Assembly (NCBI RefSeq): GCF_009914755.1 | Contig: NC_060929.1 | From: the human T2T-CHM13v2.0 reference genome, Homo sapiens | DNA length: 64,000 nt | Reading direction: 5' to 3' (one strand) | Shown: positions 30,911 through 47,478 of the stretch, piece by piece | Layout of the letters: each line of letters starts with the position of its first letter | How positions within the stretch are numbered: position 1 is the stretch's first letter | The notes under the pieces: generated by a model | Told to the model about the DNA's origin: nothing | Database searches by the model: none | What the model saw: only the letters and a program-made list of their open reading frames with translations | Program-made: the position numbers and the translations under genes

Positions 30911-31059
30911 TTGCAAACAGCAGGATGAGGCTCTTACCTGATGTTCACATTCAGAAAAGATTAGATTCTTATTTAATATATGAGCCAGGAAGAATTTCAG
31001 TTGAGAAGCCCGCCACACTTTGCAGGCTTCTGGGTTTGGAAAAACTCACAACATAAAAT

Positions 31060-31270
31060 CTCATCTGAATCTCCTGTACTTTGCCTCTATATCGCGCTAT
31101 CAAGCTGTTGCCCGATCCACTTGAAAACTCTGCTGAGCTGAAACCATCAATTCCTTGTGACAGTTCATTGAATCTTTGGTCCACTTTACTTTAGGAAGTT
31201 CTTCCTTAAACTGAGTGACATCAATCACCCCATACCTTGTACTCTTTAGTTCTGGGTCTATGCCTTAATG
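31060..31270 (-). mobile_element. L3/CR1 LINE 3' fragment
   Basis: reverse strand TTTAAGGAAGAACTTCCTAA..TTTTCAAG resembles the L3 3' end. Confidence 0.45.
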
Positions 31271-31494
31271 ACACAGAGATAAATTCTTAACTGGTTTCCA
31301 CATTATTGTGCTTTTCTTATTTACAGACCCTGAAATCTTCCTCCTGGGTCTTCTAGACCAGTGTTTCTGAAAGAGAGTATTCCTTCTCTCATTTCTCAGA
31401 TAAAAGGCATCTGATTCCTCTGACTGCCCTGGTCTCTTTCTTCACTCTTCTTTCTGATTAGCTAGACCTCAAAAGTATAGAATTCAACTAAAAT

Positions 31495-31710
31495 AGTTAA
31501 AGATAAAAAGACACATCTGAGATCGACTTCAGAATCATCTCTGGCCGGGGTGGGCATGGGCGAAGTGGATAAGGAAAGAGATGAGAAAAGATTTACAGAA
31601 CACGTGGATAACTTTTTAAATTGGCAGCTGGGTACAAAGGGTTTTATTATACTATTCTCTTTACCTTTGTCTATGATTGAAATTTTTCATGATAAAAAGC
31701 TTTTTTCAAA
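31495..31710 (+). mobile_element. old L1 (L1ME-type) 3' end
   Basis: TGGGTACAAAGGGTTTTATTATACTATTCTCT..TTGAAATTTTTCATGATAAAAAG. Confidence 0.7.
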
Positions 31711-33199
31711 AGTGTAGCATGCAAAAACATGCATATGACAGGATCTGTTAGAGGAAGCTAAGTTATCACATCCTGTATCATAATAATATAAATTGAGTAA
31801 TAAAAATATGATTAAAAATTTGAGCCATGTAAATATGCTAATTTGTGCCTTCTGAAACACCTATAGTATTGGTTATACCTATAGTAGTTGGTTCTTGTTG
31901 TTCTTGTCGGTAGTGCATTTAGCACAATTGTAGGGCTTCTTATTTGCCCTTGAAAATTTTTTATTGGTAGATTTCATCTGTTAAGAATCTATGGACCCTA
32001 AAGCTGTCAATCAGCTGATTCACTTGGGATGATCCTCAAATATTTTTAACACATCGATAAAAATACAGAGACAGGCTGAGTTTAGAAACCTAGAGAATCA
32101 ACTTCCAAGACATTTTCTGTGTGTGGAAGATGTGCACAGCTAGCAGTTCAGTCTGGAAGGATGACTGAACAAACAGTGATAAGACCACCCATTCACTGAG
32201 GAAAACACAGAAAACGGCGTCATGAGACTCCCAGGGAAGGAAATGTAAAGCTTACTTTTTATCCTTTTTTGGCAACACAGTTCAGAATTTTTCAGTAAAT
32301 AGTAATGTGATAGCACTGATCTGGAATTTGAATAAAGCTAAATTATGATGGAACTAAAAATGCCATCTTAATAAATACTACTGCCCCCAGGCCATAAGAG
32401 TTGATATAGAGGTAGGAAATATTGAATCCATAAGTGAGCAAAAGATAATTAGATGTTAATAAAGAATTTATTTTCCCCGCACTGTGGCAAATTTCATTTA
32501 CATCACACTTCATAAATAATCACCTTCAACACTTCAACAGATTGCTGTAATTTATCATAAATTTTTAAAATGCTACCTTGTATATATATAATTAATCAGC
32601 ACCAACTGCTTGAATTTGTAATTGCTTAATAATTTGGGGATAAATTATTATCTGTGTTTTAAACATACTAATTTATTTTTAAAGTAAGTATATTTCTATT
32701 TGTTTTAGAAATGATGACAATTTCCAGATCAAGAGCTAGGAAGGCATACAACATTTACATCGTACAATTATCTTCTGGATGCTAAGGACAAAACACATTT
32801 TTGTTTCTCCAGGTTGCAAGATCTATAGGCTGATAGAAATGCATCCCTCTGCAACAACACACAGCACATGTGGTGGGGGAATGAACTGAGAGAAAATCCG
32901 CGGGATGGAGACTGGGAGCCTCATGCCTCTAATTTGTCATCACGCTGAATCATCCAACATCCTCACCTACAACAAATTACTGAGACTAGCACCCTGCTTA
33001 CTCCCTTCCCCAGCTCTGTGAGAGACACCTTGGCGCCAGATGGCAGGCAGGAGATGGCCAGGCAGATAATACAGGATCTCCTGTAGGCATGGAAGCAGTA
33101 GAAATAGATATTAATAATAATCACCTATTGTGTTGGAGCTGTGACTTGTATCTGACTCAGTAGAAAGACAATGGAGATGGCTATGGAATTCCTAAAAAG

Positions 33200-33390
33200 T
33201 ACAAGAACAGTATTTGTGTTCTGGCTTGGTTTTGATTAGCTATGCAACCTTGAGCAAATGGCCTCACCTGTCTAAGTTAGCGTACTCACTTGAAAATATG
33301 GGGAGAAAATAATAAATGCCCTAATTATCAAAAAATGGTGAGGTAGAGCTTGAAGGAGATAATGTTCATGAAAATATTCTTGTTAACACT
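33200..33390 (+). mobile_element. MIR SINE
   Basis: TTAGCTATGCAACCTTGAGCAA..AAAATATGGGGAGAAAATAAT. Confidence 0.55.
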
Positions 33391-33673
33391 AAAATAGAAT
33401 AGAAACATTGTAATTACAACTGCTGTTGTAAGAGTAGCAAAAGAGACATAAAATATAAAATGTAAGATTATACATGGTGGTGACCTTAAGGCTTCTATAA
33501 ATTTTTATAAAATATCTATTTATATTCTCTATGTCTATATACATAGTATGAAATGTAATAAATCTGCATATGCAAAACATAAGAATTAGTTCTAACACTC
33601 ACTTCTGAGTTAGGAAGCCAGTGTTATTAAATTCCGTATGACAATGAACTCCATCCAGTCCCCTTTTTACAGC

Positions 33674-34206
33674 TGCACAGAGAAGACTTAGTAGAGTAGG
33701 CCTGAGACTGTCATCCTAGAAGGGCCTGCTTGCAAAATTGGCCCCTTAGCTGGTTTCTGGGAGCTCAGATATCAGGAGGGTTTCCACAATTCCCTGTTAA
33801 AAACGGCTCACTGTGCCTCAATTATTAATACATGCAAGGTGGTTTACGCAAGCATCTGCTTTCCTTCCAGGAGTCTGCAATTTTAATACATTCCAGGCAG
33901 AGAGGTCCTGTGTGATCTGCCCGCAGGAGAAACCCAGGGCATTGAGCCTCTCTGGTAGACAACACTCTCCTCGTGTTGTCACAATTTGCTGATGGAAGGA
34001 TTAAGTGCATCCAGTGTGATTCCACTGGAAGAAGACTCTTGGAAGATCACACCTTGTTTTCTTCATGATCTATCCATGCACCTCTTGTCTTTGCTAATTT
34101 TTTTTTCCTTCACTGTAATAAATCACAGCCATGCATGACTACATATTGAGTCCTTGAGTCCCGGAGAATTATTGAACCTGGGGTGATCTACGAGAACCTC
34201 AATTCA
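33674..34206 (+). mobile_element. ERVL solo LTR, MER77/MER68/MER21-group
   Basis: GGCCTGAGACTG..GGCCTGCTTGCAA..CTGGTAGACAACA..GTGTTGTCACAA..CTGTAATAAATCACAGCCATG. Confidence 0.75.
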
Positions 34207-34632
34207 ATAGCATTACAAATCTATATGGAAATGACAATTTTCAGAGATAGATGACCCAAAACTTGAGCAAGTCCCATAGGAAACAATAACAACTCTTTCT
34301 AGATTCTGGCCAGAAAAGGAAGTATGAAAGGTACTGAGAGCGGGGGAAAGTCGAGTCTGGTTGGAAACACAGCATTCACTTTGGGAGCACATTCTCAGGT
34401 TGCCTGAGAACTGACTAGAGATGCTTCCAATATACCTAGAAAGCAGCAGCCCAGATTTGGCATACTCTGATGTTGGGGCAGCGGGTGGGGGCAGGGGGAG
34501 GAGGGTTTCCCCAGGACAAGGTTAAGGAGCTTTGCTTTACCTGGAACTTCTGGTCAAAAAAGAAAAAAAAATAGATTAAATATAAGCCATAATGTTATTG
34601 AGATCTAAGAGGCAGACTTCTCCAATGTACAT

Positions 34633-34745
34633 CAGAGTAGCAAACTACAGCCTGTGGGTCAAATCCAGCCCATTGCCTATTTTCTGATCACTTGCTTGCT
34701 AAAAATAGGTTTTATATTTTCACATATTGAAGAAAGAATTTGTGA
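34633..34745 (+). mobile_element. MER58-like hAT fragment
   Basis: GCAAACTACAGCCTGTGGGTCAAATCCAGCCC. Confidence 0.6.
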
Positions 34746-34778
34746 ATGTTTGCTTTCTCCTTTTTAACATAAGGAACT

Positions 34779-35163
34779 TGATACGGTTTTGTTCTCTGTC
34801 CCCACCCAAATCTCACGTTGAATTGTAACCTCCACATATCGGGGAGGGGCCTGGTGGGAGGTCTTTGGATCATAGTGACAGATTTCCCCCATGCTGTTCT
34901 CCTGATAGTGACTGAATTCTCATGAGATCTGATGGTTTAAAAGCATGTGGCACTCCCCCGTTTACTTGCTCTCTCTTCTGCTCCTCCATGGTAAAACGTG
35001 CTTGCTTACCCTTTGCCTTCCACCATAATTGTAAGTTTCCTGAGGCCTCCAGGCCATGCTTCCTGTTAAGCCTGTGAAACTGTGAGTCCATTAAATCTCT
35101 TTTCTTCATAAATTACCCATTCTCAGGTAGTTCTTTATAGCACTATGAGAATGAACTAATAAA
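34779..35163 (+). mobile_element. 5' LTR of MaLR provirus (MSTA/THE1D-like)
   Basis: TGATACGGTTT..CCCACCCAAATCTCA..GAGATCTGATGGTTT..GTAAGTTTCCTGAGGCCTCC..AACTAATA; paired with 43334-43732. Confidence 0.9.
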
Positions 35164-35364
35164 GAAAATTGGTAACAGGAGTGAGGTACGGCTATAAACA
35201 TAACTGAAAATGTGAAAGCGACTTTGGAACTGAGTAACAGTTAGGGGCTAGAACAGTTTGGAGGGCACAGAAGAAGATAGGAAAATGTGGAAAAATTTAG
35301 AACTTGCTAGAGACTTACTGAATGGTTTTTGACCAAAAGGCTGATAGTAATAAAAACAAAGAAG
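35164..35364 (+). mobile_element. MaLR internal region, 5' part
   Basis: GAAAATTGGTA..GAAAATGTGAAAGCGACTTTGGAACTG..GACCAAAAGGCTGATAGT, cut by L1 insertion. Confidence 0.85.
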
Positions 35365-36679
35365 GGGACTGCTGGCAAGATGGCAGAATAGGAACTGCAG
35401 CTCCCAGCAAGATCAATGCAGAAGGTGGGTGATTTCTGCTTTCCCAACTGAGGTACCTAGTGCATCTCATTGGGACTTGTTGGACAGTGGGTGCAACCCA
35501 AGGAGGGCAAGCCAAAGCAGGGTGGGGCATCACTTCACCCGGGAAGCACAATGGGTCAGGGAACTCCCTCTAGCCAAGGGAAGCCATTAGGGATTGTACC
35601 ATGCACTCCGGCCCAGATACTGCACTTTTCTCACGCTCTTCACAACCCACAGACCAGGAGATTCCCTCCAGTGCCCACACTACCAGGACCCTGGGGTTCC
35701 AGCACAAAACTGGGCGGCTGTTTGAGCAGATACCAAGCTAGCCACAGGAGTTGTTTTTTCATACCCCAGTGGCACCTGGAGCACCAGCGAGACAGAATCA
35801 TTCACTCCCCTGGAAAGGGGGCTGAAGCCTGGGAGCCAAGTGGTCTGGCTTGGCAGGTTTCAACCCCACAGAGCTCAGCAACCTAAGATCTACTGGCTGG
35901 AAATTTTCACTGCTAGCACAGCTGTCTGAGCTAGATGTGGGACGCTGGAGCTTGGTGGGGGTGTAGGGGAGTGTCTGCCATTGCTTAGGCTTGAGTAGGT
36001 GGTTTTACCCTCACAGTGTAAACAAAGCCACTGGGAAGTTCGAACTGAGTGGAGCCCACCACCGCAGCTCAGCAAGGCCACTGAAGCCAGACCATCTCTC
36101 CTCTCTGGGCAGGGCATCTCTGAAAAACATGCAGCAGCCCCAGTCAGGGACTTATAGATAAAACCCCCACCTCCCTGGGACAGAGCACCTGGGGGAAGGG
36201 GAGGTTTTTGGCAGAGCTTCAGCAGGCTGAAACATCCCTGCCTGATGGCTCTGAAGAGAACAGAGATCTCCCAGCACAGCATTTGAGCTCTGATAAGGGA
36301 CAGACTGCCTCCTTAAGTGGGTCCCTGATCCCGGTGTATCGTGAATGTGAGACACCTCCCAGTAGGGGCCGACAGACACCTCATACAGGAGAGCTCTGGC
36401 TGGCATCTGGTGGGTGCCCCTGTGGGACAAAGCTTCCAGAGGAAGGAACAGGCAGCAATCTTTGCTATTCTGCAGCCTTCGCTGGTGATACCCAGGCAAA
36501 CAGGGTCTGGAGTGGACCTCCAGCAAACTCCAACACGCCTGCAGAAGAGGGGCCTGAATGTTAGAAGGAACACTAACAAACAAAGGAATGGTATCAACAT
36601 CAACCAAAAGGATGCCCACTCAGAGACACCAGCCAAAGGTCACTGACTTCAAAGACCAAAGGTAGATAAATCCACGAAG

Positions 36680-37680
36680 ATGGGGGAAACCAGTGCAAAA
36701 ATACTAAAAATTCCAAAAACCAGAATGCCTCTTCTCCAAAGGTTCACAACTCCTCACCAGCAAGGGAACAAAACTGGACGGAGAATGAGTTTGATGAATT
36801 GACAGAAGTAGGCTTCAGAAGGTGGGTAATAACAAACTCCTCTAAGGTAAAGGAGCATGTTCTAACCCAATGCAAGGAAGCTAAGAACCTTGAAAAAAGT
36901 TCTTGAAAGTTAGAGAAGAACATAAATGATCTGATGGAGCTGAAAAACACAGCAAGAGAAATTCGTGAAGCATACACAAGTATCAATAGCTGAATCAATT
37001 AAGCAGAAGAAAGGATATCAGAGATTGAAGATCAACTCAATGAAATAAAGGTGAAGACAAGATTAGAGAAAAAAGAAGTGAAAAGAAATGAACAAAGCCC
37101 CCAAGAAATATGGGACTATGTGAAAAGACTAAATCTATGTTTGATTGGGCTACCTTAAAGTGACAAGGAGAATGAAATCAAGTTGGAAAACACTCTGCAG
37201 GATATTATCTAGGAGAACTTCCCCAACCTAGCAAGGCAGGCCAACATTCAAATTCAGGAAATACAGAGAACACCACAAAGATACTCCTCGAAAAGAGCAA
37301 CCCCAAGACACATAAATGTCAGATTCACCAAGGTCAAAATGAAGGAAAAAATATTAAAGGCAGCCAAGAGAGAAAGGTCAGGTTACCCACAAAGGGAATC
37401 CCATCAGACTAACAGCAGATCTCGCAGCAGAAACTCTACAAGCCAGAAGGAGTGGGGGCCAATATTCAACATTCATAAAGAAAAGAATTTTCAACCCAGA
37501 ATTTCATATCCAGCCAAACTAAGCTTCATAAGTGAATGAGAAATAAAATCCTTTACAGACAAGCAAATGCTGAGAGATTTTGTCACCACCAGGCCTGCCC
37601 TACAAGAGCTCCTGAAGGAAGCACTAAACATGGAAAGGAACAACCAGTACCAGCCACTGCAAAAACATACCAAATTGTAA
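36680..37680 (+). pseudogene. L1 ORF1, disrupted
   Basis: ATGGGG start, fragments MKEKILKAA and KEKNFQPRISYPAKLSF; stops and frameshifts; 63-nt spacer to ORF2 ATG. Confidence 0.85.
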
Positions 37681-37743
37681 AGACCATTGATGCTATGAAG
37701 AAACGGCCTCAACTAACGGGCAAAATAACCAGCTAGCATCATA

Positions 37744-41543
<3,800 letters not shown>

Positions 41544-41913
41544 ACAATGAGAACACATGGACACAGGGAGGGGAATATCACGCACTGTCAGGGGGGTGCG
41601 GGGCTAGGGGAGGGATAGCATTAGGAGAAATTCCTAATGTAGATGATAGGTTGATGGGTGCAGCAAACCACCGTGGCACGTGTATATGTATGTAACAGAC
41701 TTGCATGTTCCGCACATGTACCCCAGAACTTAAAGTATAATAATAAAAAAGAACACATCTAGTAGAGACAGTATTGACTTATCAATAGACCCAGAAAAAA
41801 TGTTTAAATTAAATTTTGGAGATGCGTTTATTTTACTTTATCAGTAGTTTTAAAATCAGCCGTATTTACTAAATGTTATTAAAGTCATGTAAACTTAAAA
41901 AAAAAAAAAGAAG

Positions 41914-43333
41914 TCCCAGCTGATGAGGTCTCAGCTGGTAATGAGGAACATACTGGGAAGTGGAGTGATGGCAACCCTTGCTATGCTTAAGCAAAGAGAC
42001 TGGTGACATTTTGTTCCTGCCCTAGAGATCTGTGGAACTTTGAACTTGAGAGAGATTACTTAGGGTATCTGGTGGAAGACATTTCTAAGCAGCAAAGCAT
42101 TCAAGAGGTGATCTGATTGTTTCTAAAAGTGTATGTTCATATGCATGAACAAAGAGATTATCTGAAATTGGAACTTAAAAGGAAAGCAAAGCATAAAAGT
42201 TTGGAAAATTTGCAGTATGGCCATGTCGTAGAAAAGAAAAACCCATTTTCTGGGGAGAAAAATCAAGCCTGCTGCAGAAATGTGCATAAGTAAAGAACAG
42301 CTAAATGTTAATCACCAAGGCAATGGGGAATATATCTCCAGAGCATTTCAGAGACCTTCAGGGAAGCCCTCTCATCACAGGCCTGCAGGTCTAGGAGGGA
42401 AAAATGGTTTTGTGGGCGAGGCCCAGGGCCCTGCTGCTCTGTGCAGCCTCAGAACACAGTGCCCTGTATCACACATGCCCCAGCTCCAGCTATGGCTAAA
42501 GGGGCCAAGGTACAGCTCAGGCTGAGGCTTCAGAGGGTGCAAGCCCCAAGCCTCAGCAGCATCTACGTGGTGCTGGGCCTGCAGGTGCACAGAAGGTGAG
42601 AGTTGAGGTTTGGGAACCTCCACCTAGATTTCAGAAGATGTATGTAAACACCTTGATGTCCAGGCAGAAGTCTGCTGCAGGGGTGGACCCCTCATGGGGA
42701 ACCTACAGTAGGGCAGTGCAGAGTGGGAATGTGGGGTTGGAGCCCCAGTATGGACTCCCCATTGGAACACTGCCTAGTGGAGCTGGCAGAAGAGGGCCAC
42801 CATCCTCCAGACCGTAGAATTATAGATCCACCAACAACTTGCACTGTGTGTCTGGAAAACCCACAGGAACTCAACGCCAGCCCATGAAAGTAGCCAAGGG
42901 GCGTGTACCCTGCAAAGCCACAGGGGCAGAGCTGCCAAAGGCCTTGGGAGTCCAGCCCTTGTGTTAGTGTGGCCTGGATGCAAGACATAGAGTCAAAGGA
43001 GATTATTTTGGAGCTTTAAGATTGAATGATGGCCCTGCTGGGTTTTGGACTTGCATGGGACCTCTAGACCCTTTGTTTTGGCCAATTTCTCCCATTTGGG
43101 ATGTGAATATTTGCCCAATGCCTGTACCCCTACTGTTTCTTGGAAGTAACTAACTTGGTGTTGATTTTACAGGATCATAGGTGGAAGGGACTTGGCTTGT
43201 GTCAGATGTGACTTTGGACCTGGATTTTTGAGTTAATGCTAGAATGAGATAAGAGTATGGGGGATTGTTGGGAAGCCCTGATTGTTTTGGAAATGTGAAA
43301 AGGACATAAGATTTGGGAGGGGCTGGGGCAGAA
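41914..43333 (+). mobile_element. MaLR internal region, 3' part
   Basis: resumes TCCCAGCTGATGAGGTCTCAG; CCTAGAGATCTGTGGAACTTTGAACTTGAGAGAGAT; ends in purine tract GGGAGGGGCTGGGGCAGAA. Confidence 0.9.
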
Positions 43334-43732
43334 TGATATGGCTTAGCTCTGTGTCCCACCCAAACTTCATGTTGAATTATAATCCCTGCATGTCAGTGGA
43401 GGGGCCTAGTGGAAGGTGATTGGATCACAGGGGCAGATTTCCCCCTTGCTGTTCTCATGATAGTGAGTGAGTTCTCATGAGATCTGATGGTTTAACAACA
43501 TGTGGCACTTCCCCCTTGACTCTCCCTCTCTCTCTCTCTCCTGCCCACCATGGAAAGACATGCTTGCTTTCCCTTTGCCTTTTGCCATGATTGTAAGTTT
43601 CCTGAGGCCTCCAAGCCATGCTTCCTGTTAAGCCCATGGAACTATGAGTCAATTAAACCTCTTTTCTTCATAAATTACCCAGCCTCAGTCTCAGGTAGTT
43701 CTTGACAGCAGTGTAATAACTGACTAATATCA
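43334..43732 (+). mobile_element. 3' LTR of MaLR provirus (MSTA/THE1D-like)
   Basis: direct repeat of 34779-35163; possible degenerate TSD GAACT / CAACT, exact 3' end ambiguous by ~2 bp. Confidence 0.9.
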
Positions 43733-45129
43733 ACTTGCATATGACCATTTTGTCACTGGCTAAAATATTAACTATCCAGCCCTTTCCAAGAAAGAGGTGA
43801 CTGAACCCTGATGCAGAATGATGAGTGTCTGAGGGACAGGATTTTAGAGCAATTTCTTTTAACATATATTTTTTCTTGGAGGAATTCCATCCTAGGAGTA
43901 GGAAAAAAATACCGATGTCAAAAGCAAATCTAATACCAGGGCTTTGTACACTGACAGATCCAGGATCCCTAATTACAGATTCTGATTTTTACTTTACATT
44001 TACTGCGGCAGATATCTCTGTATTCAACAGATTCCATTTGTTAATAAATGGACCAATCACTACAAAAAGCACATGATCCCTATTGATCTTGTCAATGAAT
44101 AATAGAAAAGTAAAGAAAAGAAAGGCAAAGATGAAAGTGGGAAAGGTCCTTCAAGACCACCTGAGCAGCATCATTCTTCACAGGTGAGAAAGTGAAGCAC
44201 ATCTGGACACAGGACTTGGCCCAGGTCACACAGCCCTTGCAGAACCAGGACTCCCTCAGCCTGACCCCGTGTTAGTGCCTATGTCCCTCAACAGGACCAG
44301 GGTTACTATTCATAGGAGAAGCTCTCACTTGGCCAGCCTCAAATTATATCAAGGATGACAATCTAAAAATGACATTTGAAGTCCAGTTTCCTACATTAAA
44401 AATATGCAGTGTTCAATACTTCAGTTATTTTGGTACATAGGCAAATTGGATACCTCTGAAATTAACAGAAACAAGAATTTGAAAAACCAACCAAAATTTT
44501 TACATGGAGGACTCTCAAGTTAACCAGGCTTGCTAAGATGAGAACATCACTGACAACAGCAATACTCACCCAATTGTCTTCCTCAGACCTGGAAGGAAAT
44601 TGTTCCAATTATGAATAAAATGTAAAGTTTTAGCAAATAACAATAAATAATTGTATGTGTATGTGTATCTGTGTGTATACAATTTAAATAATTCCTCCGT
44701 TAATTTAACCCAATTCTTCATTAATAATATTAGCATGAATTAAGAACTTCTAGGCTTGAGAAAAACCACTTTAAAAGTCTCATTTAAGCTTCATAATAAC
44801 CCTATGAGTTACAAACCATTATCATCCTTACTTTATAGATGAGAAACCAAATATATTTATATTACTGAATTAAGATGAGTTATCAGAATTTCATTTCTAA
44901 TATTTAATGATCCTGGTAGGATGGAAAATACACAAAAATGATACATCAGTTACTGTACTTTGATAATGTATCTTCACTTCTATAGGAATAAAATTTCCAT
45001 TTTCCCTCTAGCACAGAATTTTTCTCTTCTATAATGTAAATACCTTCACTTCATGCAAATACCTAATTCAATCCAGCCAAGAACTCCCATCCAAAATGTT
45101 TTCCCTATAATTTTTGTATATATTTATAA

Positions 45130-45330
45130 CAGTGGTCCCCAAATAGGGATAGTTTTGCCCCCCCAGGGGACATTCAGCAGTGTCTGGAGACAGCTGGGAA
45201 GGGTTTGCTACTGGCGTCTAGTGGATAGAGTCCAGGATGCTGCTAAATGTCCTATGCTGCCCAGGGCAGCCTACACAACAGTGAATTATCTAGCGTAAAA
45301 AGTCAACTGTGCCAAGACGGAGAAACCCTA
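45130..45330 (+). mobile_element. MER20 hAT-Charlie DNA transposon
   Basis: TTTTGCCCCCCAGGGGACATT..TGCTACTGGC..AGGATGCTGCTAAA..GAGAAACCCT. Confidence 0.85.
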
Positions 45331-45458
45331 GTTTATATGAAAAGCAAATCCCATATCCATATTATTTTATTGATTATCTCTTGACTTATGGACTAACAGG
45401 GTTCTTCAGGGACAATGAGAATTATCTGGATTCTTATAGACCCCCAGATCACCAAATA

Positions 45459-45486
45459 GGGTAAGGCAAATCGGGTAAGGCAAATC
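45459..45486. repeat. perfect 14-bp tandem duplication
   Basis: GGGTAAGGCAAATC x2. Confidence 0.9.
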
Positions 45487-45604
45487 ATACAAACTGATTA
45501 ACAGGAACCAAGAGATACTGCTGTCCAAGACCGGGGAGAAGACGGCATGCTGTGACTAATGGGCATCAGTCAATAATTTCATAACCTCTTTGGGATACAG
45601 GCAC

Positions 45605-45892
45605 TTTTTTTTTTTTTTTTTTTTGAGACAGAGCCTTGCTCTGTCACCCAGGCTGGAGTGCAGTGGTGCAATCTTGGCTCACTGCAACCTCTGCTGCCTG
45701 GGTTCTGCCTCAGCCTGTCACGTAGCTGGGATTACAGGCACTTGCCACCACGCCCAGCTAATTTTTGTATTTTTAGTAGAGACAGGGTTTTACCATCTTG
45801 GCCAGGCTGGTCTTGAACTCCTGACCTCGTGATCCACCCATCAGAGCCTCCTAAAGTGCTGGGATTACAGACGTGAGCCACCGTGCCCAGCC
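45605..45892 (-). mobile_element. Alu, AluS (Sg/Sc-like)
   Basis: dimer with GACCTCGTGATCC diagnostic, small internal deletion after GGGTTC; TSD CAGGCAC(C)TTTT on both sides. Confidence 0.95.
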
Positions 45893-46571
45893 CAGGCACC
45901 TTTTAAGTAAAGCGAGAGACAGTTCAGTCCTCGTTTCCTTCCACCTTTAACACAAGAGCATCATGGCAGATTAGTTCAAATCTTGGAGCAAAAATATGAA
46001 GGCCAAACACTTAAAAAATGAATAAAAATAAAATTACAAAAACACACCAAATAGAAGAAAGCAAAATTTAAAACAAATGAAGCAAAGAGGAAGTTGATTG
46101 GAAAGACATGAGGCCAAAACTGATTCAAGCGGTGAGTCCTGTGAACATGGGTATGGGCCACATATTTGTCTCTGCGGTTTTCAGTAATGAAAGAGAAGAG
46201 GATGTGGGATTTCTAAAGGCAGAATCCTGGAAAAGCAATAACTTGCCCATTCCTAAAACTTTCAACCAATGTAATGCACATGTACAAAATGACACACTCC
46301 TCTCTGAAAAATGAATATTAAGGAAAATGAGCATTATATGACGTATATTTATACCTAAATCCTAAATACTTTTTCTAGAAAATAAGAAAAAAACAGTATA
46401 ATCTCAGAGGTTCACGGAGGCATCATGCACTTTCTGGCAGTTGTAGCTGACCAGACGGATAAAGGGACCCCCAAACAGCCGCCTCCCGTGTCATCAGATT
46501 GCTCTAAAATACGTAATTCCATCTTCTCACATGTGCACCTCCCCATCCCACAGCATCAATCCTAAATTCCT

Positions 46572-46911
46572 AGTGGTAGGCAAAGTAGAGTCCCACTTTC
46601 TAATCCTTAAAACCTGTGACCATGTTATGCTTCATGGCAAGGGGGAAAGTTTAGATTGCTGGCAGAATGAAGGCTGTTAATCGATTGAGCCATGACAATC
46701 AGGTAGCTTGTAGAAGCTGGAAAAGGCAAGGAACCTGACTCTCCATAGAAGAGCCTCCAAGAGGGAACCAGACCTGCCAACACCCTGGCCTAAGCACAGT
46801 AAGACCAATTTTGAACTTCTGGCATCCAAAACGGTAAGATAATCAATGTGCATTGTTTTAAGCCACTGAGTATAGGATAATTTGTTGCAGCAGTATCACA
46901 AAACTGATACA
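46572..46911 (+). mobile_element. MaLR LTR, MLT1D-like, internally deleted
   Basis: TAGAAGCTGGAAAAGGCAAGGAA..TTGTTTTAAGCCACT..AAACTGATACA. Confidence 0.8.
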
Positions 46912-46914
46912 ACT

Positions 46915-47478
46915 CGTTTTAGTTTCCTTTTGCTGTCTAATAAATTGCCATAAACCTAGAGCCCTGAAGCAATACCTATGAATTATCTCTCAGTTCTCAT
47001 GAGTCAGGAGTCCATTCGTGGTTTAACCAGATCCTCTGTTTAGAAGCTCATTGTCCTGACACTGAGATGTCTTTTTAGGCTTGTGAGAGTCTTCTAAACT
47101 CATTGGTTGCTGGAAAAATTCAGTTCTTTGTGACTGTAGGACTGAGACCTCTTGATACTAGGGAATGCCCACCCCTGTCTGCCCTGTGGTTCTCTCCACA
47201 ACATGGAATTTTGCTTCTTCAAAGACAACAGAAGGGCACCTGCTGTGGCCCTTTTAAAGACTTGCCTGTTAGGTCAAATCCACTCAGGATGATCTCCCTT
47301 TTGACTAACCTATACTCAACTGATTAGGGTTCTTAATTCCATCTGTAAAATCCCCTTACTCTCACCATATAAGGTAAATTAATTATGGTCCTGCTCACAT
47401 TCAAGGGGAGGGGATGATATAGGGTAGGTCCACCAGGGGGCAGAATCCTGGGGCCATCTTAGAATTCCACCTACCACA
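46915..47478 (-). mobile_element. MaLR LTR, MLT1E-like
   Basis: AATTCAGTTCTTTGTGACTGTAGGACTGAG..GGGGCCATCTTAGAATTCCACCTACCACA. Confidence 0.75.

Noticed and set aside
30969-31184. Minus-strand ORF near a donor-like CAG|GTAAGAG (30931-30940)
   Set aside because: Better explained by an L3/CR1 remnant; no matching acceptor or known protein.
35315-36646. Cluster of 78-155 aa ORFs
   Set aside because: GC-rich L1 5'UTR; no domain similarity.
42280-43359. ORFs in the MaLR internal region
   Set aside because: Short, fragmented, decayed MaLR-int; no intact gag/pol.
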